From Bacteroidales bacterium UBA7009 (GTDB lineage Bacteria > Bacteroidota > Bacteroidia > Bacteroidales > Paludibacteraceae), in the NCBI GenBank assembly GCA_002449665.1, contig DJXH01000058.1, positions 12,165-76,164 on the forward strand: 64,000 bases of DNA, given 5' to 3'. Numbering within the stretch: position 1 is the stretch's first letter; each line of letters begins with the position of its first letter. Under the pieces are notes generated by a model. The model did not search any database, had not been told where the DNA came from, and was given only the letters and a program-made list of their open reading frames with translations. Positions 53,701-62,591 of this stretch are shown here, piece after piece. The translations under genes and the position numbers were made by a program.

Positions 53701-55943
53701 ACGCAACAGGCGGTAACCTCACAGACGGCGATTATACCAACGGTCGCACCAAACCCACTACCGCTATCGTTGCTCCCGCTGACCCGACACGCAACGGATA
53801 TACCTTTAACGGCTGGAACACTGCCGCTGACGGTACAGGCAATCCATACACTGCCGATGACATTATGCCGACAACAGACCTCACATACTACGCTCAATGG
53901 ACTGCCAACACATACACAATCACATACAACGAACTCAACGGGGCTACAAACTCCAACCCCACCACTTACAACATCGAATCTGACGACATCACCTTCGTTA
54001 GTCCCGGCGAAAGAGACGGATATACCTTCTGCGGTTGGAAAAACGAAGCAGGCGAAACAGTTACAGGCATTCCCACAGGCTCTACCGGTGATACTATCAT
54101 CATTGCACAGTGGACACTTAATACATACAAACTCACATTCTACGGCGAAGGACTGACAAACGGCGTTGAGCAAACAACATTAGTCCCCGGTACCGCCATC
54201 ACCGCTCCCACACTGCCCGAAAGAATAGGTACAGATGCAGCAGGCAACGAGTTTACATATACCTTCAACGGCTGGTATCCTACTCTTACAGAAGGTGCCG
54301 TAATGCCTGAAAACGATGTTACATATTATGCCACTTGGAGTGTGCCTACCGTATATGTAAATACCTGCGTTGACAGCGATGGCGAGCAAGAATATGAGGA
54401 CTACTATTGGGAGATACCCGGTTGGGACGAACACAACGACAACTATGACCCGTCCAACGGCTTCATGTTCGACCGTACCGAACCCTTATACACAGATATT
54501 CTCCGCTCAAGCGACAATAGTTTCGATAGTATCACCTATACATTAAGTATGACCTATACGCGTATGTATAAGAGATATATGCGTTTCGGAATGACCGGCA
54601 GCACCTGGGTGGACGACCGCACCGACCTTGGCACTATCTATCTCGACGATGAAAGCGACAAAGTAACTATCGACGACCAAGACTACACTCTCGCCGACAT
54701 TGCTTCCGCAGGCACCGACGGCTACATAGAGAAATATATCACAGGCGGTACAGTCGGTTTCGGCTGCGACAGTGTCGTTAAGTTCACACTCACACAGTCG
54801 CCGCTGCTCACTTGGAACGCCACAGGAGGCAACATCACCGACGGAGACTACACCAACGGTCGCACCAAACCCAATACCGCGATCGTCGCTCCCGCTGACC
54901 CGACACGCAACGGCTATACCTTTAACGGCTGGAACACAACAGAAGACGGTACAGGCAATCCATACTCGGCTGATAACATTATGCCGACTACCGACCTCAC
55001 CTACTACGCTCAATGGAACGCCATTGAATACACTATCACATACGACAACCTCTATGGTACAACCCACACCAACCCGACCACCTACACCATAGAGACAGCC
55101 GATATAGTACTTATTGCCCCGAGCGAGAGAGACGGATATGTCTTCACCTGTTGGACAGACGAGAGCGGCACGACAGTTACCACAATCGCTACCGGCACCA
55201 CAGGTAATATCACACTTACTGCCAACTGGGAAGAGGCTCTGCCGCAAGATGTATTGCTGTACGACAACTGGAGCGAGGAAGAATATGCAGAACTCTTTGA
55301 CAAATATAGAGGCAAAGTGATTAACGTCATCTTCAAGCGCACATTCAAAGCAAACGAATGGACAACAATCACCCTGCCGTTCGCTATCGACTTTGAAGAC
55401 TATCCCGACTTTGACGGTAATATCTTCGAACTTTCAAATGCCACTACCGACGAGACTGACGGCTTTGTACTATACTTCAGCCCCGTTGACGGTATAGAAA
55501 CGGCTTGTGTTCCTTACCTCTTCCGCCCGACTACTAACATAGTGGAGCCGCGCTTTGAGAACGTTCAGTTTGAGAGTTTCGATAAAATGGTAGTACTCTG
55601 CTCAAGCGGTGATGTCGAGTTCCACTCAACCACCTACCTTGACAGGATTACCAATCGCACCTCTCTGTATATCAATAACAACCGTCTCTACTATGCCAAC
55701 CAGACTACCGGCACACGTATGCGCGCTTTCAGAGGTTACTTTGAGTTGTTGCACCCAGAGAAGATGGAGTATGTTCAACCTCGTTTCCGCCTGCCCGGAA
55801 TGGCAGAACCGATTGAGATAACAGAAGGCGAGGAAGACGCGGACGAGACAACCGACACTGCAATTAAGTACATACAAGACGACAGACTTGTTATTGAACT
55901 GAACGGCATACGCTACAACGCTATAGGCAATAAGATAAGATAA
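50772..55943 (+). CDS. Giant secreted surface protein with 8 Listeria-Bacteroides (Flg_new-type) repeats in three super-repeats, a distinct C-terminal domain and the conserved tail
   Basis: Signal peptide MKNLFLKLILLVLTISFNVLAVA. Eight (D/N)GYTF.GW...MP..DLTYYAQWT units. Three copies of a Cys-containing module ending HGCDSVVKFT(I/L)TQSPLLTW. Tail AIKYIQDDRLVIELNGIRYNAIGNKIR. Confidence 0.8.
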   Translation: MKNLFLKLILLVLTISFNVLAVARTNTIYQDISYCKLRYADTSGKNTQFNITLFDNNNNSKLFVVWVSIGSLSRVEGMHKVPLYSTTLQDYTCYFYDTDNYKWSNPSGYVEFRFTGRYSGSDPIYYVHFQLRGYYGSRSSYNGTCEFAKEIPVKMTDVNNNPIEIKNDITVVNIPGCDSHVSAKDEGYFNYIGQSEQYLFRFETLSVSDDEGRFLGLGTNVDDDYTYNQLLPNGYNKQTGDASCDVTLYNGYYFFEGYFNYNNACFYVTMQYPNYQADNNPYTQSFDFESATITRRADFETSGVVTLTATNEDNKKVVLDFVVDKDAVGNTGEIIIPAGDYTVSTSEEQGTIIASGGINYDLSIKNSYAGTTTALNATNYSTNPLWCLRTGVVTVEEGMSTITVTANQNYRNAPVNITIKKAAASTHTLTFYGEGLTGNVQQTELNEGDAVTAPVLPERADNNGTYTFSGWYCDNEQTVVTDFDGVTMPAQNLTYRATWTLTSYDNKCIDSEGNDYDATAIMMYEERWQLDGTDIFFDDHNSTYEDYDYAGEYIENANPTLPLADNFTDTYVFTDPLRSTDANGTQFDSIVYKLEMTYSRFFNNHKPDNFSPETSRLDERIDLGIIYLDDDTDSYTNDGQTYTLANLEGKNDSTFSLKIASGTYLHGCDSVVKFTITQSPLLTWETDGGNLTDGDYTDGRTKPETPIVAPADPTKDGYTFNGWNTAEDGTGSNYSADATMPATDLTYYAQWTVGTRTITWVTDGDALTGSYTNGEVMIGSTITEPDTPTRTGYTFAGWYPAPAETMPDNDLIYTATWTAPATQTHICIDPEGYTNEGGADWYIDGWDEHNDKYESYEYVTRDTIYRDTLRSADNSFDSIYYSLELTYSTMYKQYNRLGTPANGSTTTKVDFRVDLGTIYLNDESDSYTNDGQTFTLANLEGKNDSTFSLKIASGTALHGCDSVVKFTLTQSPLLTWNATGGNLTDGDYTNGRTKPTTAIVAPADPTRNGYTFNGWNTAADGTGNPYTADDIMPTTDLTYYAQWTANTYTITYNELNGATNSNPTTYNIESDDITFVSPGERDGYTFCGWKNEAGETVTGIPTGSTGDTIIIAQWTLNTYKLTFYGEGLTNGVEQTTLVPGTAITAPTLPERIGTDAAGNEFTYTFNGWYPTLTEGAVMPENDVTYYATWSVPTVYVNTCVDSDGEQEYEDYYWEIPGWDEHNDNYDPSNGFMFDRTEPLYTDILRSSDNSFDSITYTLSMTYTRMYKRYMRFGMTGSTWVDDRTDLGTIYLDDESDKVTIDDQDYTLADIASAGTDGYIEKYITGGTVGFGCDSVVKFTLTQSPLLTWNATGGNITDGDYTNGRTKPNTAIVAPADPTRNGYTFNGWNTTEDGTGNPYSADNIMPTTDLTYYAQWNAIEYTITYDNLYGTTHTNPTTYTIETADIVLIAPSERDGYVFTCWTDESGTTVTTIATGTTGNITLTANWEEALPQDVLLYDNWSEEEYAELFDKYRGKVINVIFKRTFKANEWTTITLPFAIDFEDYPDFDGNIFELSNATTDETDGFVLYFSPVDGIETACVPYLFRPTTNIVEPRFENVQFESFDKMVVLCSSGDVEFHSTTYLDRITNRTSLYINNNRLYYANQTTGTRMRAFRGYFELLHPEKMEYVQPRFRLPGMAEPIEITEGEEDADETTDTAIKYIQDDRLVIELNGIRYNAIGNKIR
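52632..53026. repeat. Super-repeat core, copy 1 (partners at +876 nt and +1992 nt)
   Basis: Encodes IDLGIIYLDDDTDSYTNDGQTYTLANLEGKNDSTFSLKIASGT.LHGCDSVVKFTITQSPLLTW...GYTFNGWNTAEDGTG...DLTYYAQWT. Long stretches of DNA identity with copy 2. Confidence 0.85.
53508..53902. repeat. Super-repeat core, copy 2
   Basis: About 90% identical by eye to copy 1 over the LANLEGKNDSTFSLKIASG segment, and to copy 3 from GCGACAGTGTCGTTAAGTTCAC onward. Confidence 0.85.
54624..55018. repeat. Super-repeat core, copy 3 (1116 nt downstream of copy 2)
   Basis: The second half (54762-55018) is nearly identical to 53646-53902. The first half has diverged (DKVTIDDQDYTLADIASAGTDGYIEKYITGG). Confidence 0.85.
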
Positions 55944-55986
55944 TCAACATTGCTCACAGCATCGCGCATATATTTGCGCCCGACAA

Positions 55987-56025
55987 CCGAGCCGAACACC
56001 CAAACACGAGTGTTCGGCTCGGTTT
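55987..56025 (+). terminator. Intrinsic terminator of the giant gene
   Basis: 13-bp perfect stem CCGAGCCGAACAC / GTGTTCGGCTCGG with a 10-nt loop, followed by TTT. Confidence 0.8.
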
Positions 56026-56189
56026 AGTATAACATAACGACACCTACTGATTAAGATGTAAAAAAAACATAAATATCCCCCACTTTACTCCACTTTGTAA
56101 ATAACTAATATATCTACCTGATTTTACACATTTTACATTAGCATAAACCTGTTGATAAACTCGTCTAAAACCTTGTTGAAAACTTTTTT

Positions 56190-56213
56190 GTGGGGAATTG
56201 TGGTTGAATTGGA
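56190..56213 (+). promoter_or_regulatory. Candidate MraZ operator: three direct (G)TGGN boxes with ~10-nt phasing just upstream of the mraZ -7 box
   Basis: GTGGG at 56190-56194, GTGGT at 56200-56204 and TGGA at 56210-56213, embedded in the repeating unit GAATTG(T)GG. Confidence 0.5.
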
Positions 56214-56223
56214 AAATTATACT

Positions 56224-56231
56224 TACCTTTG
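56224..56231 (+). promoter_or_regulatory. -7 promoter box (TACCTTTG) of the dcw cluster
   Basis: TACCTTTG sits 52 nt upstream of the mraZ ATG. The -33 region coincides with the GTGG repeats. Confidence 0.55.
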
Positions 56232-56283
56232 CAGCGAATTTTAGAACAAAATAGGTGCATTTTATATCAATCGGGAACAAAAA

Positions 56284-56745
56284 ATGAACACATTTGCCGG
56301 CAACATAGAAGCAAAAATAGATGACAAGGGTCGTATCTTCATTCCTGCCACGTATCGCAAGATACTGCAAGAGATGGGGTCAAAGCATATTATTATGCGC
56401 CGTGATGACGACAACGACTGCCTTATTTTCTACCCCGAACATATATGGCAAGCGAAAGTGAATGCCCTCAAAAGCGTACTGGACGAATGGGATGCGAACG
56501 ACGAACTGCTGCTGATGCAGTATATGGCAGATGCCGAGGTGCTTGACACCGACACACAAGGACGTGTACTGCTGCAAAAGAAGACACTCGAAGCCATAGA
56601 AGCCAAGCAGGAGATACTCTTTGTCGGTATGCTTGACCGCTTTGCTCTTTGGGCTCCTGACAAGTTTGCAGCCACCAAAACAACACGCAAAGCACTCGCC
56701 GACAAGATACGAGAGAAAATGAAAGCCGCACAACAAGACAAATGA
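56284..56745 (+). CDS. mraZ: Transcriptional regulator MraZ
   Basis: Two SpoVT/AbrB-like halves: IDDKGRIFIPATYRK and DTQGRVLLQKKTLEAI. First gene of the dcw cluster. Confidence 0.93.
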   Translation: MNTFAGNIEAKIDDKGRIFIPATYRKILQEMGSKHIIMRRDDDNDCLIFYPEHIWQAKVNALKSVLDEWDANDELLLMQYMADAEVLDTDTQGRVLLQKKTLEAIEAKQEILFVGMLDRFALWAPDKFAATKTTRKALADKIREKMKAAQQDK

Positions 56746-57656
56746 ATATGGACACAGCCTACCACATACCCGCATTGCTGACAGAGACAATAGACAGCCT
56801 TAACATCACCCCTGACGGCACATACATAGACCTCACTTTCGGCGGGGGCGGGCACAGCCGCGCCATACTTGACAAAATAACGGGCAAAGGCAAACTGTAT
56901 AGTTTAGACCAAGACATAGATGCCTACAACAACGTTCTTGCCACGAAAGACAATCCCTTTATGAGCAATCCTCGCTGGCAGTTTGTACACGGCAATTTCC
57001 GCTACCTGAGTCAGTTTGCCGACTACTACGGCATTGCCGGCGCAGATGGGATATTAGCCGACCTCGGTGTCAGTTTTCATCATTTTGACACAGCCGAGCG
57101 CGGTTTTTCTTTTCGTTTTGACGGTGCACTTGATATGCGTATGAACCGCAGCGGCGGACAGACGGCAGCAGACATAATAAACACATACGAAGAGCAACAA
57201 CTCGCCACCGTACTCTACACCTACGGCGAGATAAAATCCGCAAGAGCCATAGCACGCCGCATCTGCGAGGCACGACAGAAACAGCCTGTCACGACCACAG
57301 AACAACTTGCGGCAATAGCAGGAGAAGACAAAAAACTGCTCACACTCGTCTTCCAAGCCCTGCGTATTGAGGTGAACGACGAACTCGGTGCACTGCGTGA
57401 GATGCTCCTCTCGTCGCTTTCGCTGCTCAAACAGGGCGGACGTATCGCCATACTGACCTACCACTCGCTTGAAGACCGCATAGTGAAGAACTTCCTGCGC
57501 TCGGGCAACCTCGAAGGAGAGATAGAAAAGGACTTCTACGGCAATCCGCTGACACCATTCACTATTATAGAAAAAGGTCTGACCGCAAAGAAAGAAGAAG
57601 TGGAAAGAAACCCGCGCTCAAGAAGCGCCAAACTGCGCGTGGCTGAAAAGAAATAA
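56742..57656 (+). CDS. rsmH: 16S rRNA (cytosine1402-N4)-methyltransferase RsmH
   Basis: HIPALLTETIDSL...DGTYIDLTFGGGGHS...GILADLGVSFHHFD...LTYHSLEDRIVKNF. Confidence 0.95.
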   Translation: MNMDTAYHIPALLTETIDSLNITPDGTYIDLTFGGGGHSRAILDKITGKGKLYSLDQDIDAYNNVLATKDNPFMSNPRWQFVHGNFRYLSQFADYYGIAGADGILADLGVSFHHFDTAERGFSFRFDGALDMRMNRSGGQTAADIINTYEEQQLATVLYTYGEIKSARAIARRICEARQKQPVTTTEQLAAIAGEDKKLLTLVFQALRIEVNDELGALREMLLSSLSLLKQGGRIAILTYHSLEDRIVKNFLRSGNLEGEIEKDFYGNPLTPFTIIEKGLTAKKEEVERNPRSRSAKLRVAEKK

Positions 57657-57668
57657 GTGCAAATCGCT

Positions 57669-57977
57669 ATGAAAATAAGGCTGCAAGAAATATTAAACGG
57701 TCAGATACTGACACGAGATACGCTGAAAAAGCAATACAAACTGATAGGTTTGGCTGCTCTGCTGCTTGTTGTATATATCTACGCCGGCTACTACGCACAG
57801 ACCCAGTTCGGCCGTATGACCCAAATGCAAAAAGAACTGAAAGAAGCAGAATACGAATTGCAAACACTGCAAAGCGAACTGACAGAGATCACCAAGCAAT
57901 CGGCTCTTGCGGACGAACTGAAGAAACGCGACAGCAAAGTCAAAGAAAGCACACAATCCCCTAAAAGAATAAGATAA
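57669..57977 (+). CDS. ftsL: FtsL-like cell division protein
   Basis: A small bitopic protein (TM segment LIGLAALLLVVYIYAGYY) followed by a coiled coil, located between rsmH and ftsI. The call rests on position and topology. Confidence 0.65.
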   Translation: MKIRLQEILNGQILTRDTLKKQYKLIGLAALLLVVYIYAGYYAQTQFGRMTQMQKELKEAEYELQTLQSELTEITKQSALADELKKRDSKVKESTQSPKRIR

Positions 57978-57978
57978 G

Positions 57979-59805
57979 ATGTCGGAAGTGGTAAAAAATA
58001 CGGTTATTCGCTTTGCGCTGCTTTTTCTGCTTATCACGGCGGGGTTCATTGGTGTGATTATACAGATACTCTATCTTCAACATTCAGATGCTGTAAAAAA
58101 AGACTTGACTCCGGTAGCAAACAATCAGGTCAAAGTGAACCAGCCTATCAAGCCCAATCGCGGCAACATACTTGATGCAAACGGCTATTTGTTAGCCTCG
58201 AGTATGCCGCAGTATTACGTCTTTATGGACACTCGTATAGAAGCCCTTCACAAAGATAACGGAGCCTTATACAAAGAGTATGCCGACTCTATAGCCGAGG
58301 GCTTGAGCGAGATTATGGGCGATGTACCTGCCGCGGAATACCGCAGGCGTATGGACAACGCCTTCTACGGCAACAACGGCAAGGGGACAAACTTTCGCAT
58401 TTGCAAGCGACGTGTCAATTTTTTGGAGAGGAAAAAAATAGAGCAACTTCCGTTAGTCAAAGAAAAATACTATCGCAGCGGATTTATATATGAGGATGCT
58501 CACATACGCTTAAAGCCTTTCGGAAGTTTGGCAGGTCGTACCATAGGGGGCATAGATGCCACAACCGGCGTGGGGATATATGGATTGGAAAAAAGTTTTG
58601 AGACCTACCTCAAAGGCGAAGAAGGTATAGCAACGAAACAGAAAGTGGGCGGAAGGTGGGAGTTCGTCCCCGAAGAAGAAGCTGTTGACGGCTGCAATGT
58701 GCATACCACTCTCGATGCCGAACTGATAGATATATGCGAGGCGGCACTGCGTCAAAGGTTAGACTTAACGCAAGCCGACTGGGGCTGCTGCATACTGATG
58801 GAAACACATACGGGCGAAGTAAAAGCCGTGTGCAACCTCGACAAGACCGAAGACGGATACAGCGAGCGTATGAACCACGCCGTCATTCGTGTCGAACCAG
58901 GCTCAACGTTCAAGACTATCAGTCTGATGGCAGCACTTGATGACGGCAAGATAAGTCTGTATGATACCATACGTGTACATCGCAACGGCTGGGAATTCTT
59001 CGGCTCAAGGCACACCGACTCCCACCCTAAAGATACCGCCTATACCGTCCGCAGTGCACTCGCCGTATCAAGCAACATAGCCTTTGCCAAGATGATAACG
59101 GAGAGTTATGAGAAGAAAGCGAAAAAGTTTGTGGACAAACTGCAACGTATGGGTATATGCGACGGTTTTGAATGTGAAATCCCCGGTTCCACTCCCCCAC
59201 GCATAGACGTTCCCAAAGATGCCGTTACTCTTTCAAAGATGTCATACGGCTACTCGGTTGAACTCAGTCCCATGCAGATAATCGCCTTCTACAACGCCAT
59301 TGCCAACGATGGGAGAATGGTACGCCCGATGCTCGTTAGAAACATAGAGCGCGACGGCGAGATAATCAAAGCGTGGGAAACGGAGACTATAAAAGGCAGT
59401 ATATGCAGCCAAAGCGCGCTACGGGACGTCAAAGCCGCACTGCACGATGTAGTATGGGACAACAACCTCGGTACGGCTGCCGTACTCAAGTGGAATGGCA
59501 AGATCGTCCGCCGTAAGGCTCAGAGCGACTTAGTTTCCATAGCGGGCAAAACAGGAACGGCGCAGATTCTTGAAAACGGCAGATACCAACGATATAAACA
59601 CCGTATAACGTTCGTTGGCTATTTCCCGGAAGAGAACCCCGAATATACTTGCCTTTGTATGATCAACCACCCTGCCAACTACCCTGCCTACGACGCTGGA
59701 GGCGACTGCGGAACCGTAGTAAGACAGATAGCAGAGAAGACAATGGCATACGTCGGCGAATACAGGTGGACCGACGGACAATGGGTGTGGACAAAACGCA
59801 GATAA
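57979..59805 (+). CDS. ftsI: Peptidoglycan D,D-transpeptidase FtsI (PBP3-type class B PBP)
   Basis: N-terminal TM segment. Transpeptidase motifs STFK (GSTFKTISL), SSN (VSSNIAF) and KTGT (AGKTGTAQ). Confidence 0.92.
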   Translation: MSEVVKNTVIRFALLFLLITAGFIGVIIQILYLQHSDAVKKDLTPVANNQVKVNQPIKPNRGNILDANGYLLASSMPQYYVFMDTRIEALHKDNGALYKEYADSIAEGLSEIMGDVPAAEYRRRMDNAFYGNNGKGTNFRICKRRVNFLERKKIEQLPLVKEKYYRSGFIYEDAHIRLKPFGSLAGRTIGGIDATTGVGIYGLEKSFETYLKGEEGIATKQKVGGRWEFVPEEEAVDGCNVHTTLDAELIDICEAALRQRLDLTQADWGCCILMETHTGEVKAVCNLDKTEDGYSERMNHAVIRVEPGSTFKTISLMAALDDGKISLYDTIRVHRNGWEFFGSRHTDSHPKDTAYTVRSALAVSSNIAFAKMITESYEKKAKKFVDKLQRMGICDGFECEIPGSTPPRIDVPKDAVTLSKMSYGYSVELSPMQIIAFYNAIANDGRMVRPMLVRNIERDGEIIKAWETETIKGSICSQSALRDVKAALHDVVWDNNLGTAAVLKWNGKIVRRKAQSDLVSIAGKTGTAQILENGRYQRYKHRITFVGYFPEENPEYTCLCMINHPANYPAYDAGGDCGTVVRQIAEKTMAYVGEYRWTDGQWVWTKRR

Positions 59806-59829
59806 GAAACACTTTAACAACATACAGAT

Positions 59830-61266
59830 ATGATACTTTCCGCTCTACTTAAAGCCATACAGCCGCAGCGTATTGCAGGCAACACAGACATAGAAATAAC
59901 AGGCATTGAGTTTGACTCGCGCCTCATCAAACACGGCAACCTCTTCGTTGCCACACGCGGCACAGCAGTGGACGGACATACGTTCATCGCCTCTGCGGCA
60001 GAGAAAGGTGCGACGGCGTTCGTTGTAGAAGAGATGCCTGAGCACACCTACAACGGCTGCTACATACTCGTGCGCAACTCGCAGGAAGCGTTAGGTTTGC
60101 TCGCTTCAGAGTGGTATGGCAATCCCTCGCGCCAGCTTACTCTCGTGGGCGTTACCGGCACCAACGGCAAGACCACCATAGCCACACTGCTGTGGAAACT
60201 TACACGTGCACTCGGACACAAGGCGGGACTGCTCTCCACCGTCTGCAACTACATCGAAGACACTGCCGTACCTGCCACCCACACCACTCCCGATGCTCTT
60301 GAACTGAACTCACTGCTCCGCCGTATGGCGGATGCAGGATGCAAGTACACTTTTATGGAAGTGTCGTCCCACGCCATTGCCCAAGAGCGTATTGCCGGAC
60401 TTGATTTCAACGGCGGGATTTTCACCAACCTGACGCGCGACCATATTGACTTCCACAAGACGTTTGACAACTACCGCGACACCAAAAAACGTTTCTTTGA
60501 CAACCTGCCGCGAACGGCCTTTGCCGTCACCAACAAAGACGACAAGAACGGTCTGGTTATGGTACAAAACACCAAAGCCGCTATTCATACCTACTCCACC
60601 CGCTCGCTTGCAGACTACCAAGCTACTATACTCGAAGAAGGCTTTGACGGTATGCTGCTCAATATCAACCGCCGTGAGGTGTTCGTACCTCTCGTAGGTC
60701 GCTTTAATGTAAGCAACCTGCTCGCCATATACGGAGCCGCTGTCAATCTCGGTTTAGGCGAAGACGAGGTGCTGCGCATACTCTCTACGCTCACTCCCGT
60801 CAATGGTCGGTTTGAGACCATCCGCAGCCCGAAAGGCTGGACTGCCATTGTCGATTACGCTCACACACCCGATGCAGTGGAGAACGTGATAAGCACCATA
60901 AACGAGATAAAACGCGGAAAACTTATAACTGTGGTCGGCTGCGGTGGCAACCGCGACAAAGGTAAACGACCGATGATGGCACAGATAGCCAAACGCGGCA
61001 GCGAACAACTCATTCTCACCTCCGACAACCCCCGCGATGAAGAGCCCGCAGACATACTGAACGATATGAAAGCAGGACTGACGGAAGACGAACTGCGCTC
61101 CACCTTGGTCATAGAAGACCGAGCCGCTGCTATACAGACAGCCTGCACACTGGCAAGCAAAGATGACGTTATCCTCATCGCCGGCAAGGGACACGAGGAC
61201 TATCAGATAATAAAAGGCGTTAAACACCACTTTGACGACCACGAACAAGTACGTAAATACATCTAA
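59830..61266 (+). CDS. murE: UDP-N-acetylmuramoyl-L-alanyl-D-glutamate--2,6-diaminopimelate ligase
   Basis: P-loop [10 protein letters not shown] and the DAP-specific DNPR motif ([11 protein letters not shown]). Confidence 0.95.
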   Translation: MILSALLKAIQPQRIAGNTDIEITGIEFDSRLIKHGNLFVATRGTAVDGHTFIASAAEKGATAFVVEEMPEHTYNGCYILVRNSQEALGLLASEWYGNPSRQLTLVGVTGTNGKTTIATLLWKLTRALGHKAGLLSTVCNYIEDTAVPATHTTPDALELNSLLRRMADAGCKYTFMEVSSHAIAQERIAGLDFNGGIFTNLTRDHIDFHKTFDNYRDTKKRFFDNLPRTAFAVTNKDDKNGLVMVQNTKAAIHTYSTRSLADYQATILEEGFDGMLLNINRREVFVPLVGRFNVSNLLAIYGAAVNLGLGEDEVLRILSTLTPVNGRFETIRSPKGWTAIVDYAHTPDAVENVISTINEIKRGKLITVVGCGGNRDKGKRPMMAQIAKRGSEQLILTSDNPRDEEPADILNDMKAGLTEDELRSTLVIEDRAAAIQTACTLASKDDVILIAGKGHEDYQIIKGVKHHFDDHEQVRKYI

Positions 61267-61268
61267 AT

Positions 61269-62588
61269 ATGCTATACTCTTTATTCAACTGGCTGCAAAG
61301 CGAATACGGGCATATAGCCGGTATCGGACTTTGGCAATACATCTCTTTCCGCGCTATCGTAGCGGGAGTAATCGCTCTTATCGCGGCTATGTGGTCGGGC
61401 AAACATTTTATAGCCCTGCTCCGCCGCAAACATATAAGCGAGACACAACGCGACGAGAAGACAGACCCCTTTAACACGAAAAAAGTCGGCGTTCCTACTA
61501 TGGGCGGCATAGTCATCATCTTCGCCGTACTCGTTGCCGTACTGCTGATGGGCAAACTGAGCAATGTCTATCTTCTGCTTATGATTACGACCACCATGCT
61601 GCTCGGTGCGCTCGGCTTTGCAGACGACTATATAAAGACCTTCCGCAAGAACAAAGACGGTCTGAACGGCTGGATAAAAATAGCGGGACAGGTGGTACTT
61701 GGTCTGATAGTAGGTCTGACTCTCCGCTATGCCCCCACTGCCGTTATGAACGAGACGGTAGAGGTGAGGCAAGTCATATACAGCGACCACCCACGTACCT
61801 TTGAGACTGACTTTGTAGGCGAAGAGATTATAAAGTCGCCCAATGTCAAGTCCACCCGCACCACTATACCTTTCGTCAAGAACCACAACGCCAACTATGC
61901 CGACCTTTTCTCTTGGATGGGCGAACCGTACAAGTATTGGGCAGGCTGGGCACTCTTTATCGCAATGATAGTGTTCGTGGTGGCAGCCGTGAGCAACGGA
62001 GCCAACCTCAACGACGGAATGGACGGTATGTGCGCCGGCAATTCCGCTGTGATAGGTATAGCCCTCATAGCCCTTGCCTATGTCAGCGGCTCCACTGTCT
62101 GGGCTGACTACTTTGACGTGATGTATATCCCGGGTAGCGAAGAACTTGTGGTCTATCTTGCCGCCTTCGTGGGCGCACTGATAGGATTCTTGTGGTACAA
62201 CTCCTACCCTGCACAGATATTTATGGGCGACACGGGCAGCCTGACTATTGGCGGAGTAATAGCCGTGTGTGCCTGTATCATACACAAAGAGTTGTTACTG
62301 CCTATTCTCTGCGGTGTTTTCCTTATGGAGAGCGTGAGCGTGATAGGTCAGCGTCTGTACTACAAAGCCGGCAAGCGCAAAGGCGTACACCAACGCCTGT
62401 GGAAACGCACTCCGCTGCACGACCACTATCGCACATCTCTCTCTCAAGTAGAGAGCCTTGACCCGGGCTGCACGGTGATGTTCAAGGGCAGCAAAGACCT
62501 GCACCACGAGAACAAGATAACCATACGCTTTGTGCTTATCTCCATCCTGCTTGCAGCATTCACCATACTGACACTCAAAATCAGATAA
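61269..62588 (+). CDS. mraY: Phospho-N-acetylmuramoyl-pentapeptide transferase
   Basis: Ten-TM protein with GFADDYIK, GANLNDGMDGM and GDTGSL motifs. Confidence 0.95.
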   Translation: MLYSLFNWLQSEYGHIAGIGLWQYISFRAIVAGVIALIAAMWSGKHFIALLRRKHISETQRDEKTDPFNTKKVGVPTMGGIVIIFAVLVAVLLMGKLSNVYLLLMITTTMLLGALGFADDYIKTFRKNKDGLNGWIKIAGQVVLGLIVGLTLRYAPTAVMNETVEVRQVIYSDHPRTFETDFVGEEIIKSPNVKSTRTTIPFVKNHNANYADLFSWMGEPYKYWAGWALFIAMIVFVVAAVSNGANLNDGMDGMCAGNSAVIGIALIALAYVSGSTVWADYFDVMYIPGSEELVVYLAAFVGALIGFLWYNSYPAQIFMGDTGSLTIGGVIAVCACIIHKELLLPILCGVFLMESVSVIGQRLYYKAGKRKGVHQRLWKRTPLHDHYRTSLSQVESLDPGCTVMFKGSKDLHHENKITIRFVLISILLAAFTILTLKIR

Positions 62589-62591
62589 GAT

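Noticed and set aside
56044-56370. A 108-aa minus-strand ORF covering the mraZ upstream region and 5' end.
   Set aside because: It overlaps the mraZ promoter, the operator repeats and the start of mraZ. It has no promoter box and no recognisable domain.
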